DNA of 64,000 nt from an uncultured Bacteroidales bacterium (lineage in GTDB: Bacteria > Bacteroidota > Bacteroidia > Bacteroidales > VadinHA17): positions 712,323 through 776,322 of the forward strand of contig CAVUAX010000002.1 of assembly GCA_963739685.1 (NCBI GenBank). The letters are read 5' to 3'. Of this stretch, positions 39,963-49,374 are shown one piece after another (position 1 is the first letter of the stretch; every line of letters starts with the position of its first letter). The position numbers and the translations under genes are program-made. The notes under the pieces were generated by a model. That model made no database searches. It was not told the origin of the DNA and worked only from the letters and a program-made list of their open reading frames with translations.

Positions 39963-41282
39963 TCAGAATCTGTAAGATATACCCGAAAATATCCCAAATG
40001 AATAGGGATGTATATATGTCCTCGTCATGTCATTAAAGGGATTCAGATAATACCTGAAGGTTGGTTCAAGGTTTAGTGAAATATTTTTTGTGAAGTTATA
40101 TTCCATACCCATACCCATTGAACTGCTAAAAGTCATAACACTTAGCCCCTCGGTTTTGCCAATTGGATACCTGGTGCCATCATTAATTGTATATACTGAA
40201 TTATTTACCAGAAAGTTATATGACAATCCACCGATAAGGTTAATATCCAGTGTACGGTCAACTAATTTGTATCTCAAAACAACAGGGAACTCCAGATAGC
40301 TGAAGTTTTGCTTCAGTGAATTATTAATATATTGAAGACTTGCTTTTCCAGGATCGAATACATCACTGGTATACTGTGTCATAACCCTGTCTCCTGCTCT
40401 GTCAGAAAGAAAGACATCTGCATTATTTGTATAGATCATACCGTTTGATGTCAGTACCTCAAAGTTTCTGGCACCTTTGGTGTTGTCATACTGCCGGAAT
40501 CCGCCAAAGGATGATATACCTCCCACTTCCTGTCCAACAGACGAATAATAAAGACCTGATTGAATACTGATTCTCTTACTGATTTTGTAAGAGACCGCCA
40601 GACCTCCGGAATATGACACTAGTGGTTGCTCGGAGGCCATCAATTGTCTTGAGAGCTCATCCTTGCCCGAATTCAACTGTGAAAAATATGTAGGTGAGGC
40701 CATTGCAGCTATTGACCACCTGTCAGCTGCTTTTAGTGGTTCCGGAACAGGCAGGGTGTTTAAATTAAAGTTCTCCTTAAAGTAAATTGCTTTAGCAGGA
40801 ATTTTTACAACCCCGGCTAATTGGCCTGCCAGGGGATAATTATCTTTCTCTGCCCATAATTCCGCCTCAGGAGACAATTTAGGAACCGCAGTAATTATGG
40901 GTTCATTTTCCGGACTAATTGTTACGGCCGGCCCCTCTTTAATTTCAATACTCTTACGGGAATTTGCGTTAGTCCTTAACTTTTCTGCCATTTTACTATT
41001 ATCCTGTGCAGAAGGGTTTTTCAATAAAGGAACAGATTTGTTAATAACTGGCAGGTTCTGATTTTCAGAAACGGTTGGTATTTCACGGCTCAATCTGTAT
41101 GCCAAAAAACTGATAGAAATTATTGCTGCAATCATGGCAGCGCTTCTGAGCAAAATAACCGATTTTCTTTTTCTTCCTATTACAGGTTGAATTTTGTCCC
41201 ATATCTCAGGCGGAGGAAGCACTTCATAATCCTTAAATCCGTTTCTAAAAACGATATCTATATTTGCCTCTCTCTCATTCAT
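39963..41282 (-). CDS. Putative anti-sigma factor fused to a C-terminal beta-barrel-like domain
   Basis: It overlaps the ECF sigma gene by 8 nt. It has a short N-terminal cytoplasmic part, one TM helix (AAMIAAIISISFLAY), and a Pro-rich linker. The C-terminus has alternating beta-strand patterning and ends ...GIFSGISYRF. Confidence 0.6.
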   Translation of the reverse strand: MNEREANIDIVFRNGFKDYEVLPPPEIWDKIQPVIGRKRKSVILLRSAAMIAAIISISFLAYRLSREIPTVSENQNLPVINKSVPLLKNPSAQDNSKMAEKLRTNANSRKSIEIKEGPAVTISPENEPIITAVPKLSPEAELWAEKDNYPLAGQLAGVVKIPAKAIYFKENFNLNTLPVPEPLKAADRWSIAAMASPTYFSQLNSGKDELSRQLMASEQPLVSYSGGLAVSYKISKRISIQSGLYYSSVGQEVGGISSFGGFRQYDNTKGARNFEVLTSNGMIYTNNADVFLSDRAGDRVMTQYTSDVFDPGKASLQYINNSLKQNFSYLEFPVVLRYKLVDRTLDINLIGGLSYNFLVNNSVYTINDGTRYPIGKTEGLSVMTFSSSMGMGMEYNFTKNISLNLEPTFRYYLNPFNDMTRTYIHPYSFGIFSGISYRF

Positions 41283-41835
41283 TTACAACCTTATTCTTAA
41301 TTCCGGTATATGAGCACACTCTTCTCTGAAGGATAACTCTTGCCCGCGACAGATTTGATTTAGAGGTTCCCTCTGAAATATTTACCATTCTGCTGATTTC
41401 CTTGTGCGAATACCCTTCAATTGCATAAAGGTTAAATACCATCCTGTATTTCGGAGGCAACTCCTTTATAATAGCAAGCAGGTCTCTCGCCTCTAGTCCC
41501 GAATAATCCATATTATCCGGTTCAGCATCCTGCTCGGGTATGGTATCAATATCAACCACCCTGTACAGATTGTGTTTGTTACGATACTTCTCCAGCGCTG
41601 TATTGACCATTATCCGCCGCATCCAACCTTCAAAAGAACCCTCATGTTTATAATAAACAAGATTTTCAAAAATCTTAATAAATCCTTCCTGCAAAATATC
41701 CCTTGCTTCTTCATCATTACCTGAATACTGCAGACAGACAGCATACAATTTTGCTGAATGTCTTCGGTAAAGTAGTTCCTGATCCCTTCTGTTACCGTCC
41801 AGACAACCTTTTATTATATTTTTTATCTCTGACAA
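41275..41835 (-). CDS. ECF-type RNA polymerase sigma-70 factor
   Basis: Region 2 is ARDILQEGFIKIF and region 4 is the HTH EGYSHKEISRMVNISEGTSKSNLSRAR; 186 aa. Confidence 0.9.
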   Translation of the reverse strand: MSEIKNIIKGCLDGNRRDQELLYRRHSAKLYAVCLQYSGNDEEARDILQEGFIKIFENLVYYKHEGSFEGWMRRIMVNTALEKYRNKHNLYRVVDIDTIPEQDAEPDNMDYSGLEARDLLAIIKELPPKYRMVFNLYAIEGYSHKEISRMVNISEGTSKSNLSRARVILQRRVCSYTGIKNKVVNE

Positions 41836-42019
41836 GGTTTTTGAACCTGAATGAGAATATAAAAATATAAAATAATTGTCTTAAAAACCAACAATAATGT
41901 ATAAGGTTGATGAAAAAAATTACAAAAAGGTTGCTTTTCGTCTGCAAAAGATTGATCCTGATGACTGAAAACCTGAGCCGGGTACCGGGCATATCCTGTA
42001 GCCTGACACCCGTCACCTT

Positions 42020-43411
42020 TTACAGATGGATAACCTCTCCATATGCTGCAGCAGCAGCTTCCATTATCGCTTCCGACATAGTTGGGTGCGGGTGTACACT
42101 TTTTATAATCTCATGCCCTGTTGTTTCAAGCTTCCTTGCCACAACAATTTCCGCGATCATTTCCGTCACATTTTCTCCTATTAAATGTGCACCCAGCAAT
42201 TCTCCGTAAGCTGAATCAAAAATAAGCTTTACGAATCCATCCTTTGCACCAGAAGCGTTTGCTTTACCGGAGGCTGAAAAAGGAAACTTACCAACTTTTA
42301 TTTCATATCCGGCTTCTTTTGCTGCCAGTTCAGTAAGTCCGCAGGATGCTATTTCAGGACTGGTATAAGTACAGGAAGGTAAATTATTATAATCAAGCGG
42401 TTCAACATCCATGCCTGCCATCTTTTCAACACAAATAATACCTTCAGCAGATGCCACATGTGCAAGAGCCGGCCCATGGACAATATCACCAATAGCAAAT
42501 ATTCCCCGAACCGATGTATTATAATAATTGTCGACAACCACTTTCCCTTTTTCTGTTTTCACCCCGGCTTTTTCAAGACCGATACCCTCCAGATTAGGAG
42601 TTACTCCGACTGCTGACAGAACAATATCTGTTTCAACTGTTTCAGTACCTTTAGGCGTTTTGATTTTAACAAGGCATTTCCCCCCTGCTTTATCCACCGA
42701 TTCAACCGATGAATCAGTCATTACCTTTATTTTAAGCTTTTTGAAGGAACGTTCAAGTTGTTTTGAAACCTCTTCATCCTCATTAGGTACAATACGTGGC
42801 AGGAATTCTACCAGGGTAACCTGTGTTCCTATCAACTGATAAAAATTAGCAAACTCGCTGCCAATCGCTCCTGAACCCACAACAACCATTGACCCGGGTT
42901 GTTTTTCAAGATTCATCGCTTGCCTGTACCCTATAATCATTTCCCCATCCTGCTTCAGATTTTCCAGCTCCTTAGACCGGGCACCCGTTGCGAGAATAAT
43001 GTTCTTTGCAGTCAGATATTTTTTATTACCCTCCTCGTCCTCCACCTCAACTTTACCTGGCCCTTCAATGCGTCCAATACCTTTGATATTTATTATCCCG
43101 TTCTTTTTGAAAAGGAACTGGATACCTTTACTTCTTCCTTCTGCAATACCCCTGCTTCGTCTGATAATTGCCCCAAAGTCAGGTTTTATATCACCGGTAA
43201 GGGTTATGCCGTAATCTGCTGCATGGTTAAAGTATTCAATCACCTGTGCGCTTTTAAGGAGTGATTTTGTTGGTATACATCCCCAGTTTAAGCATATGCC
43301 TCCCAGTTCAGCTCTCTCAATAACAGCTACTTTCATTTTTAATTGTGATGCCCGTATCGCTGCAACATATCCGCCAGGCCCACTGCCGATAATTATAAGA
43401 TCGTAATCCAT
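42020..43411 (-). CDS. lpd: Dihydrolipoyl dehydrogenase (E3)
   Basis: FAD motif GSGPGGY, redox-active disulfide CLNWGCIPTK, NAD motif GSGAIGSE, and C-terminal HPHPTMSE. Confidence 0.95.
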   Translation of the reverse strand: MDYDLIIIGSGPGGYVAAIRASQLKMKVAVIERAELGGICLNWGCIPTKSLLKSAQVIEYFNHAADYGITLTGDIKPDFGAIIRRSRGIAEGRSKGIQFLFKKNGIINIKGIGRIEGPGKVEVEDEEGNKKYLTAKNIILATGARSKELENLKQDGEMIIGYRQAMNLEKQPGSMVVVGSGAIGSEFANFYQLIGTQVTLVEFLPRIVPNEDEEVSKQLERSFKKLKIKVMTDSSVESVDKAGGKCLVKIKTPKGTETVETDIVLSAVGVTPNLEGIGLEKAGVKTEKGKVVVDNYYNTSVRGIFAIGDIVHGPALAHVASAEGIICVEKMAGMDVEPLDYNNLPSCTYTSPEIASCGLTELAAKEAGYEIKVGKFPFSASGKANASGAKDGFVKLIFDSAYGELLGAHLIGENVTEMIAEIVVARKLETTGHEIIKSVHPHPTMSEAIMEAAAAAYGEVIHL

Positions 43412-43451
43412 TGTATTTGTAGTTAATATGAATAAATAATTAGTTTCTGTG

Positions 43452-44279
43452 TTAATTGCTGTTATTCCTTATCATTTTTATCAGGGTAAGAATACCCTTT
43501 ACCATAATCCATAAAATAACCAGGATAAATATTATACTAGCCCCAACAGGGATCCCTGTGGAGAAAGAGATAGCATAACCTCCTGAGGTACCAATAAAAC
43601 CTGCCAGTACAGACCAGACTACTATTTTAGAATAAACTTTTGTAAACAGCATTGCAATGTTGGGCGGGATTGTCAGGAGGGAAATAACCAGAACTACACC
43701 TGCCATCCTTATATTCAGGACTATGGTAAGAGCGATAAGTGCTGTGGTGAAATACTTGAATATATCAACGTGAGATGAATATGTTCTTGCAAATAATTCA
43801 TCAAAAGAAATGTAAAGAATTGTCCGGTAAAAAAAACCAAAGTAAAATATAAGAATTGCCGACATTATTCCAAGCGCCAGAATATCTGCTTTTGTCACAG
43901 TCAATATGCTCCCGAAGAGATAACCCATCAGGTTAGGAGTATATCCGGGTGTCAGATAAATGAAAATTAATCCTGTTGCCATACCAAAGGCCCATAATAT
44001 TCCAATAGCCGAATCTTCCCTGATCTTTTGTTTTACTGAAAGGTATTCGACTCCAAGTGCTGACAATATGCCAAAAACAGCCGCTCCTACAACGGGATTG
44101 ATCCCGACAAAATAACCAATTCCAATGCCCCCGAAAGAGGCATGTGTAATACCTCCGCTGAGAAATACAATCCTCCTCGACACAATGTAAGTACCTGCCA
44201 ATCCGGCTGTAATACTCGCAAACAATGCTCCGAGAACACTTTTTATAAAAAAATCATATTGCAGAATACTTCCCCCCAT
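43452..44279 (-). CDS. Metal (Zn/Mn type) ABC transporter permease
   Basis: 275 aa polytopic protein of the ZnuB/TroCD-like family, in an operon with the ATPase and binding-protein genes. Confidence 0.85.
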   Translation of the reverse strand: MGGSILQYDFFIKSVLGALFASITAGLAGTYIVSRRIVFLSGGITHASFGGIGIGYFVGINPVVGAAVFGILSALGVEYLSVKQKIREDSAIGILWAFGMATGLIFIYLTPGYTPNLMGYLFGSILTVTKADILALGIMSAILIFYFGFFYRTILYISFDELFARTYSSHVDIFKYFTTALIALTIVLNIRMAGVVLVISLLTIPPNIAMLFTKVYSKIVVWSVLAGFIGTSGGYAISFSTGIPVGASIIFILVILWIMVKGILTLIKMIRNNSN

Positions 44280-45025
44280 TAATAATGCGTTTTAAGAACT
44301 GTATGAGGTACATCACCATGTGTTATAAGCTGAATTGGACAACCATATGCCATAAGTTGTTCATTGGATATTTCCGATGAAGGATGATAATGTAATCCTT
44401 TATTCACACAGGCAAATGATTTTACATGAGAAGAGATCATACCCACGTCATGAGAAACCATCAGTATTGCCATATGACTGTTAAGTTCGCGCAACTTCCC
44501 GTAAAAATCATGTTCAAAGGTTGAATCTACAAAATTCCCAGGTTCATCAAGCAACAACAGTCTGGGATTACCGATTATTGCCCGGCCTAAGAATACCTTT
44601 TGCAATTGCCCGCCCGATAGTTCATTTAATGAAGCTGCTGACAGATCTGACAATCCCAGCTCATCAAGAACAGAAACAGCTCTCTTTTTGTCAGATGATG
44701 ACATCCTTGTAACTATATTTTTACTTATCATTAGTCCTGAAAGAACAACATCAGTCACCGTCAAAGGATAGTTTAAATCCCCGGTGGAAAGCTGAGGGAG
44801 ATAACCAATACCGGTATTTCCGGGAAGAGCATTATTGAAGATTATCTCCCCATTTTCAGGTTTTATCAATCCCAGGATTAATTTCAACAGTGTTGTCTTT
44901 CCTCCTCCGTTTGGTCCTATAACACCAATAAAATCATTCTCATTCACAATCATATTGACATCATAAAGTACAATATTTGAACCATAGGAAGCTGACACAG
45001 AATGCATTTCAAGTAAAACACCCAT
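44279..45025 (-). CDS. Metal ABC transporter ATP-binding protein
   Basis: Walker A GPNGGGKTT, signature LSGGQLQ, and Walker B LLLLDEP. Confidence 0.9.
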   Translation of the reverse strand: MGVLLEMHSVSASYGSNIVLYDVNMIVNENDFIGVIGPNGGGKTTLLKLILGLIKPENGEIIFNNALPGNTGIGYLPQLSTGDLNYPLTVTDVVLSGLMISKNIVTRMSSSDKKRAVSVLDELGLSDLSAASLNELSGGQLQKVFLGRAIIGNPRLLLLDEPGNFVDSTFEHDFYGKLRELNSHMAILMVSHDVGMISSHVKSFACVNKGLHYHPSSEISNEQLMAYGCPIQLITHGDVPHTVLKTHY

Positions 45026-45034
45026 ATTTTATGT

Positions 45035-45913
45035 CTAGTTTGAACTTTCAATCATACTTGTATGAAGAGCATTAATTATATCGGTTGTTGTCTTTAACCA
45101 GTTTACCGACAAAGGATCGATTATCTTCACTTTTGCACTGATTTCATCTGCAATAGCTTTCGCATTTTTAGTATCAAATTCCTTCTGCACAAAAATGGTT
45201 TTAATATCATCTTTCCTTGCAATGTCAATAAGATCCATCATTCTTGATGGCGAGGGTTCTTTTCCCTCAATTTCAACGGAAATCTCATGCAGCCCATAAT
45301 CTCTTGCAAGATATCCCAAATTCGGATGAAATATCATAAAAGATCTGTTCTTAATTCCACCGAAGAGTTTTTGAGCCAGAGAGTCAACCTCCTTTATTTT
45401 GGCATTCAGGATCATATAGTTAGCCTCATATTTCTGTCTCCCCTGCGGATTAAGATCGCTAAGCAGAACTCTCACAGATGAAGCAATATTCAGTGCACAT
45501 TTAGGAGATACCCAGTAATGCGGATCTGCTACTTCAACATTGTCTCCAGAATGGTCGTGACTTGTATCAAGGAGATCAATTTTGTCACCTAATGATATTT
45601 TCATCATTCCCGGATTGGTCTCATAGAACCTTTTAAGCCAGATCATCTCAAATCCAAGGTACCCATTACTTATATAGGCTACAGATCTTCTGAGTTTACT
45701 GATCTGGTCCGGATATGGTTCATAAATATGCGGATCGGCACCCGCAGGGACCATGACGTTCACCTTAAAATCGCCGCCTGAAATCTCATCAACAAAATAT
45801 TTAAAAGGAGCTATGCTTACCGTTATTATTTTATCTCCTTCACTTTTATCTGACTGGCTGCATGATAACAACAAAAATATTAACAAAAGAGCCGGATAAA
45901 TTTTATTCATCAA
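45035..45913 (-). CDS. Metal ABC transporter substrate-binding lipoprotein (ZnuA/TroA type)
   Basis: Lipobox LLSCSQ. The metal-ligand contexts DPHIYEP and HDHSGDNVEVADPHYW suggest zinc. Confidence 0.85.
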   Translation of the reverse strand: MMNKIYPALLLIFLLLSCSQSDKSEGDKIITVSIAPFKYFVDEISGGDFKVNVMVPAGADPHIYEPYPDQISKLRRSVAYISNGYLGFEMIWLKRFYETNPGMMKISLGDKIDLLDTSHDHSGDNVEVADPHYWVSPKCALNIASSVRVLLSDLNPQGRQKYEANYMILNAKIKEVDSLAQKLFGGIKNRSFMIFHPNLGYLARDYGLHEISVEIEGKEPSPSRMMDLIDIARKDDIKTIFVQKEFDTKNAKAIADEISAKVKIIDPLSVNWLKTTTDIINALHTSMIESSN

Positions 45914-46340
45914 ACAGATAATTCAATGTTTGTTACAAATTTAACATATAACATAACAAAAGGTTTAAGACTTGAAAATAAAATAATTTAAGTTACGGTT
46001 GAGATCAGATTATCAAGGCTGTCCCTAAACCCGAATTTGATATCAATTCATGTATTTCAGATAAAAGTGATATCGTAATTTAAGATCTTTTGACAAGAAC
46101 AGAACCAAATGTTAATAATAATGTTGAGATCATCTGTAAACTCTCTCCAAAATATGTACGGGGTTATTTTAATATATAAACATCCCAGTTCATCCAATAC
46201 AGAAACCGGGATCCGTCTTTTAATAATTATTTCCGGTCACCAGGAAAATAAACCATATAAACCGGATATATTATAAAATACTTATTTTTTGCCGTTGAAA
46301 GCGCCAGAGAAGGAGACACAACATCTCAATCAGAATGAAT

Positions 46341-47048
46341 TTAAAATGTCTGAAATGAAATTTTGAAATATCCGGTGGCATCTGATGCATTGATTTTATA
46401 CTTCCACTCTCCGGTTTTATCTTTATTTTCCTCATCGGAAATATTAAACGATTTTCTCCAGTTAAGATTGCCGGATTCGTCAATTACGATATCAGAATAG
46501 GTCTTTCCATCGGGCATTATAATTAAGATCCGGACCATCCCTGCTGTGCACTCTCCCGTGACGGACATAACAACTGTTTTGGCTATCCTCTCGACATCAA
46601 ATGTATACTCCCTTGAAAAGTTTGATTCCTTAACCGATTTCGAGAAATCCCATGTGCTTCGCCCTCCATCACCGGACAACGGGTTTTTAATACCTAATCC
46701 TGGAGTAAGAAGGTAATAAGGGTCATCAAATGAATTAAACCTGGCCCCTCTCTGACTTGAAGAGACCCTGCCTTCGCTTCCATACCTTCCGGGATCAGTC
46801 GGAACAACTGACTTTACGTCCTTCCTGGAATTATCCAGTTCTTTATTGGCTGATTCCATAGCCTTTTGAATTACCTCCTGAACTCTTTGATGTTCAATCA
46901 TCGCTTTCTTCTGCTTATCAATTTCCTCCTGAATCTTTAATTCCTTTTCTTTCTCTTCAATTGTCTTTTCCTGGGCTCTTAAAGGCAGGAATGAGGAGGC
47001 AACCAAAAAAATGAGGAGTGCTGTTAATATGGACATGTTCTTCTTCAT
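46341..47048 (-). CDS. Secreted hypothetical protein
   Basis: Signal peptide (LLIFLVASSFLPLRAQE), a charged helical segment, then a beta-rich C-terminus. It is divergent from the two-component system. Confidence 0.6.
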   Translation of the reverse strand: MKKNMSILTALLIFLVASSFLPLRAQEKTIEEKEKELKIQEEIDKQKKAMIEHQRVQEVIQKAMESANKELDNSRKDVKSVVPTDPGRYGSEGRVSSSQRGARFNSFDDPYYLLTPGLGIKNPLSGDGGRSTWDFSKSVKESNFSREYTFDVERIAKTVVMSVTGECTAGMVRILIIMPDGKTYSDIVIDESGNLNWRKSFNISDEENKDKTGEWKYKINASDATGYFKISFQTF

Positions 47049-47103
47049 AACTCTCTTTTGTCGTTTCTTACTGTAAAGATAGAACCTGGATAGCCAATTC
47101 TTT

Positions 47104-47131
47104 GTTAACGCAGGGTTAATGCAGGGTTAAT
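47104..47131. promoter_or_regulatory. Candidate response-regulator operator: three GTTAA repeats at 11-bp phasing, including a perfect GCAGGGTTAAT tandem duplication
   Basis: GTTAA occurs at 47104, 47115 and 47126. GCAGGGTTAAT occurs at 47110-47120 and again at 47121-47131. The region is flanked by the inverted pair GGATAGCC / GGCTATCC. Confidence 0.4.
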
Positions 47132-47166
47132 GTTCATCCGGCTATCCCATATGTTAATAAAATGAA

Positions 47167-47174
47167 TACTTTTG
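47167..47174 (+). promoter_or_regulatory. Candidate -7 box TACTTTTG for the histidine kinase operon
   Basis: Exact TAnnTTTG match, 20 nt upstream of the ATG at 47194. Confidence 0.5.
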
Positions 47175-47193
47175 ATACAGCAAATAAAGTGAA

Positions 47194-48600
47194 ATGAAGA
47201 AAAGGGATACTGTCTTACTGTTGGGTATTACTGCAATAATAGTCCTGATAGCCGTTCAGGTAATTATTGTTACAGGAGTATGGAAACAAAAAAATGAGAT
47301 GTTCAACCTTCGTTACAGTCTTCTTTCCAAAGAGGCACTTGCCCAGTTGGAAAGAAGAAGATCGACCGATAATGGATTTGATACCGCAAGTATGCTTATT
47401 AACCTTTATGCAGGAAAAGTTATCAGGGAGGGTTTGACTGATGTTAAGAATGATTCATTACTGGCTGCAAAAAGGAAAGAGATCCTGGAATATGTAAATA
47501 AAGTCCTGATACTCGAGCAGGATCTGTCTTCATATTTATCAACATATTTTGAAAGAAGAAATTATGAAAAAGATTTTCATTTTGATATTGTAATAAATTA
47601 TCTCGAACTGATAGACTTCGATACAAGGATCCCGATTTATGAAAGTGAAGATTTCAGAAACCGCAGGCCGGCTTCACCAACAGCAAAAACTGCTCCCCGA
47701 AAGCCAAAAACATCCAGAATCCTTGTTAATGGATACCGGCTTGAAGATAACAATTACCGGATCTTTTTTGAATACTACATTGACTTTTCGGATAAAAAGG
47801 CTGTAATTCTGAAAGATATATCCACATCACTTAAATTGAGCATATTCAGTATCATTTTCGTAGTTATTATTTTTATGATTACCTATAAGAATCTGTTTGA
47901 AGAAAAGCGCTTATCCAACCTTAAGACTGATTTTATCAATAACATGACCCATGAGCTAAAAACTCCCTTATCGACAATCACTGTTGCCGGAAAAACTCTG
48001 GAAATGATAAAGATCAGGGAAGATGATGCCAAGATACTTGAGACTGCAAAACTTATCGGGAAGCAGAGTGTTCATCTTAATCAGCTTATTAATATGATAC
48101 TTGAAATCAGTATGTGGGAAAGGACACAGTTTCAACTTGACAAGAAAAAAGTTGATATTGAAGAGGTTATGCACGACATTGTTGGAAGCTTTAAATCAGG
48201 TTGCAACGATTGCGCTGAACTGACCATAAAATTTAATTTTAACGGTGCAAAGGCTGAAATTGATCAGGTATATTTCAACACACTTATAAACAACCTTCTT
48301 TCCAATGCGGTCAAATACTCTGAAAAATCACCTGAAATCAGCATTGAAGGATTTACCGAAAACAACTATATTTTTATTAAAGTTTCTGATAATGGTATCG
48401 GCATTAGCAAATTTGATCAGAAGCATGTCTTTGATAAATTTTACAGAGCATCAACAGGAAATATACATAAATACAAAGGACTTGGGCTGGGACTATATTA
48501 CGTAAAAAGAATAGCTGTTGCCCATGGAGGTGATGTGACTGTAAGCAGCAAACCCGGAAAAGGTAGTATATTTATTGTAACTTTACCATGCTCTTTTTAA
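47194..48600 (+). CDS. Sensor histidine kinase
   Basis: Two TM segments, H box MTHELKTPLS, N box LLSNAVKYS, and G boxes DNGIGI and GLGLGLYYV. Confidence 0.9.
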   Translation: MKKRDTVLLLGITAIIVLIAVQVIIVTGVWKQKNEMFNLRYSLLSKEALAQLERRRSTDNGFDTASMLINLYAGKVIREGLTDVKNDSLLAAKRKEILEYVNKVLILEQDLSSYLSTYFERRNYEKDFHFDIVINYLELIDFDTRIPIYESEDFRNRRPASPTAKTAPRKPKTSRILVNGYRLEDNNYRIFFEYYIDFSDKKAVILKDISTSLKLSIFSIIFVVIIFMITYKNLFEEKRLSNLKTDFINNMTHELKTPLSTITVAGKTLEMIKIREDDAKILETAKLIGKQSVHLNQLINMILEISMWERTQFQLDKKKVDIEEVMHDIVGSFKSGCNDCAELTIKFNFNGAKAEIDQVYFNTLINNLLSNAVKYSEKSPEISIEGFTENNYIFIKVSDNGIGISKFDQKHVFDKFYRASTGNIHKYKGLGLGLYYVKRIAVAHGGDVTVSSKPGKGSIFIVTLPCSF

Positions 48601-48616
48601 TGTAATAACTCAGGTT

Positions 48617-49315
48617 ATGAAAGTTTTATTAGCTGAAGATGACAGGGATTTTGGCAACATCCTGTCACAATATGTAACTATAAGCGGTTTTGAAGTTACC
48701 CTTGCCCGGGATGGCAAAGAGGCCTGGGAGAAGTTTAACCTGGAAAAACCTGATATTTGTGTCCTCGATGTCATGATGCCTGAAATGGACGGTTTCACAC
48801 TGGGGGAAAAAATTAAACAGGCACAACCTGATGTACCCCTTATCTTTCTTACTGCCAAAAGCCTTAAAGAAGATATAGTGAGAGGGTTGAAAATAGGTGC
48901 GGACGACTACATAACCAAACCTTTTGATCCTGAGGTACTTATTTTAAGGATCAACAATATTTTAAAACGGGCTTATTCCTCAATGAATGATGAGTATAAA
49001 ATTTCCAATACTCTTCTGAAGTTCAATTCCCTCGAGCTTATTTGTGGTGATACAAAGGAGAAACTCACTCTTAAAGAAGCACAGTTGCTAAGGTATTTTA
49101 TTATTAACAAGAATAAGATACTTGCCAGGGAAGATATACTTACTGAGATATGGGGCGAAGATGATTATTTTCTTGGCAGAAGCATGGATGTATTTATAAG
49201 CAGGCTGCGAAAATTTATTAATGAGGATAAAAATATCGACATACGGACAGTTCGGGGAACCGGTTTTATACTAGAGGAGGTAAATAAAGAAGAAGAACTA
49301 CAGAAGGAAGGATAA
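48617..49315 (+). CDS. OmpR/PhoB family response regulator
   Basis: Receiver domain (LAEDD, ICVLDVMMPEMDG, LTAK) plus a winged-helix C-terminus (LTLKEAQLLRYF..., RTVRGTGF). Confidence 0.92.
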   Translation: MKVLLAEDDRDFGNILSQYVTISGFEVTLARDGKEAWEKFNLEKPDICVLDVMMPEMDGFTLGEKIKQAQPDVPLIFLTAKSLKEDIVRGLKIGADDYITKPFDPEVLILRINNILKRAYSSMNDEYKISNTLLKFNSLELICGDTKEKLTLKEAQLLRYFIINKNKILAREDILTEIWGEDDYFLGRSMDVFISRLRKFINEDKNIDIRTVRGTGFILEEVNKEEELQKEG

Positions 49316-49374
49316 GATAAATACTTCTGTCACCTCTTTCAGAACTCAGGTATAATTTGCTTTTAATTTTTAAA

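Noticed and set aside
45926-45958. Possible Zur-type operator upstream of the metal ABC operon (ATGTTTGTTACAAATTTAACATATAACATAAC)
   Set aside because: It is AT-rich with only partial dyad symmetry, and I cannot match it confidently to a known Zur box. It is worth a motif scan but is not supported from sequence alone.
46271-46483. 70-aa minus-strand ORF overlapping the 3' end of 46341-47048
   Set aside because: It sits in a different frame across the end of a longer, better-supported gene and is likely spurious.
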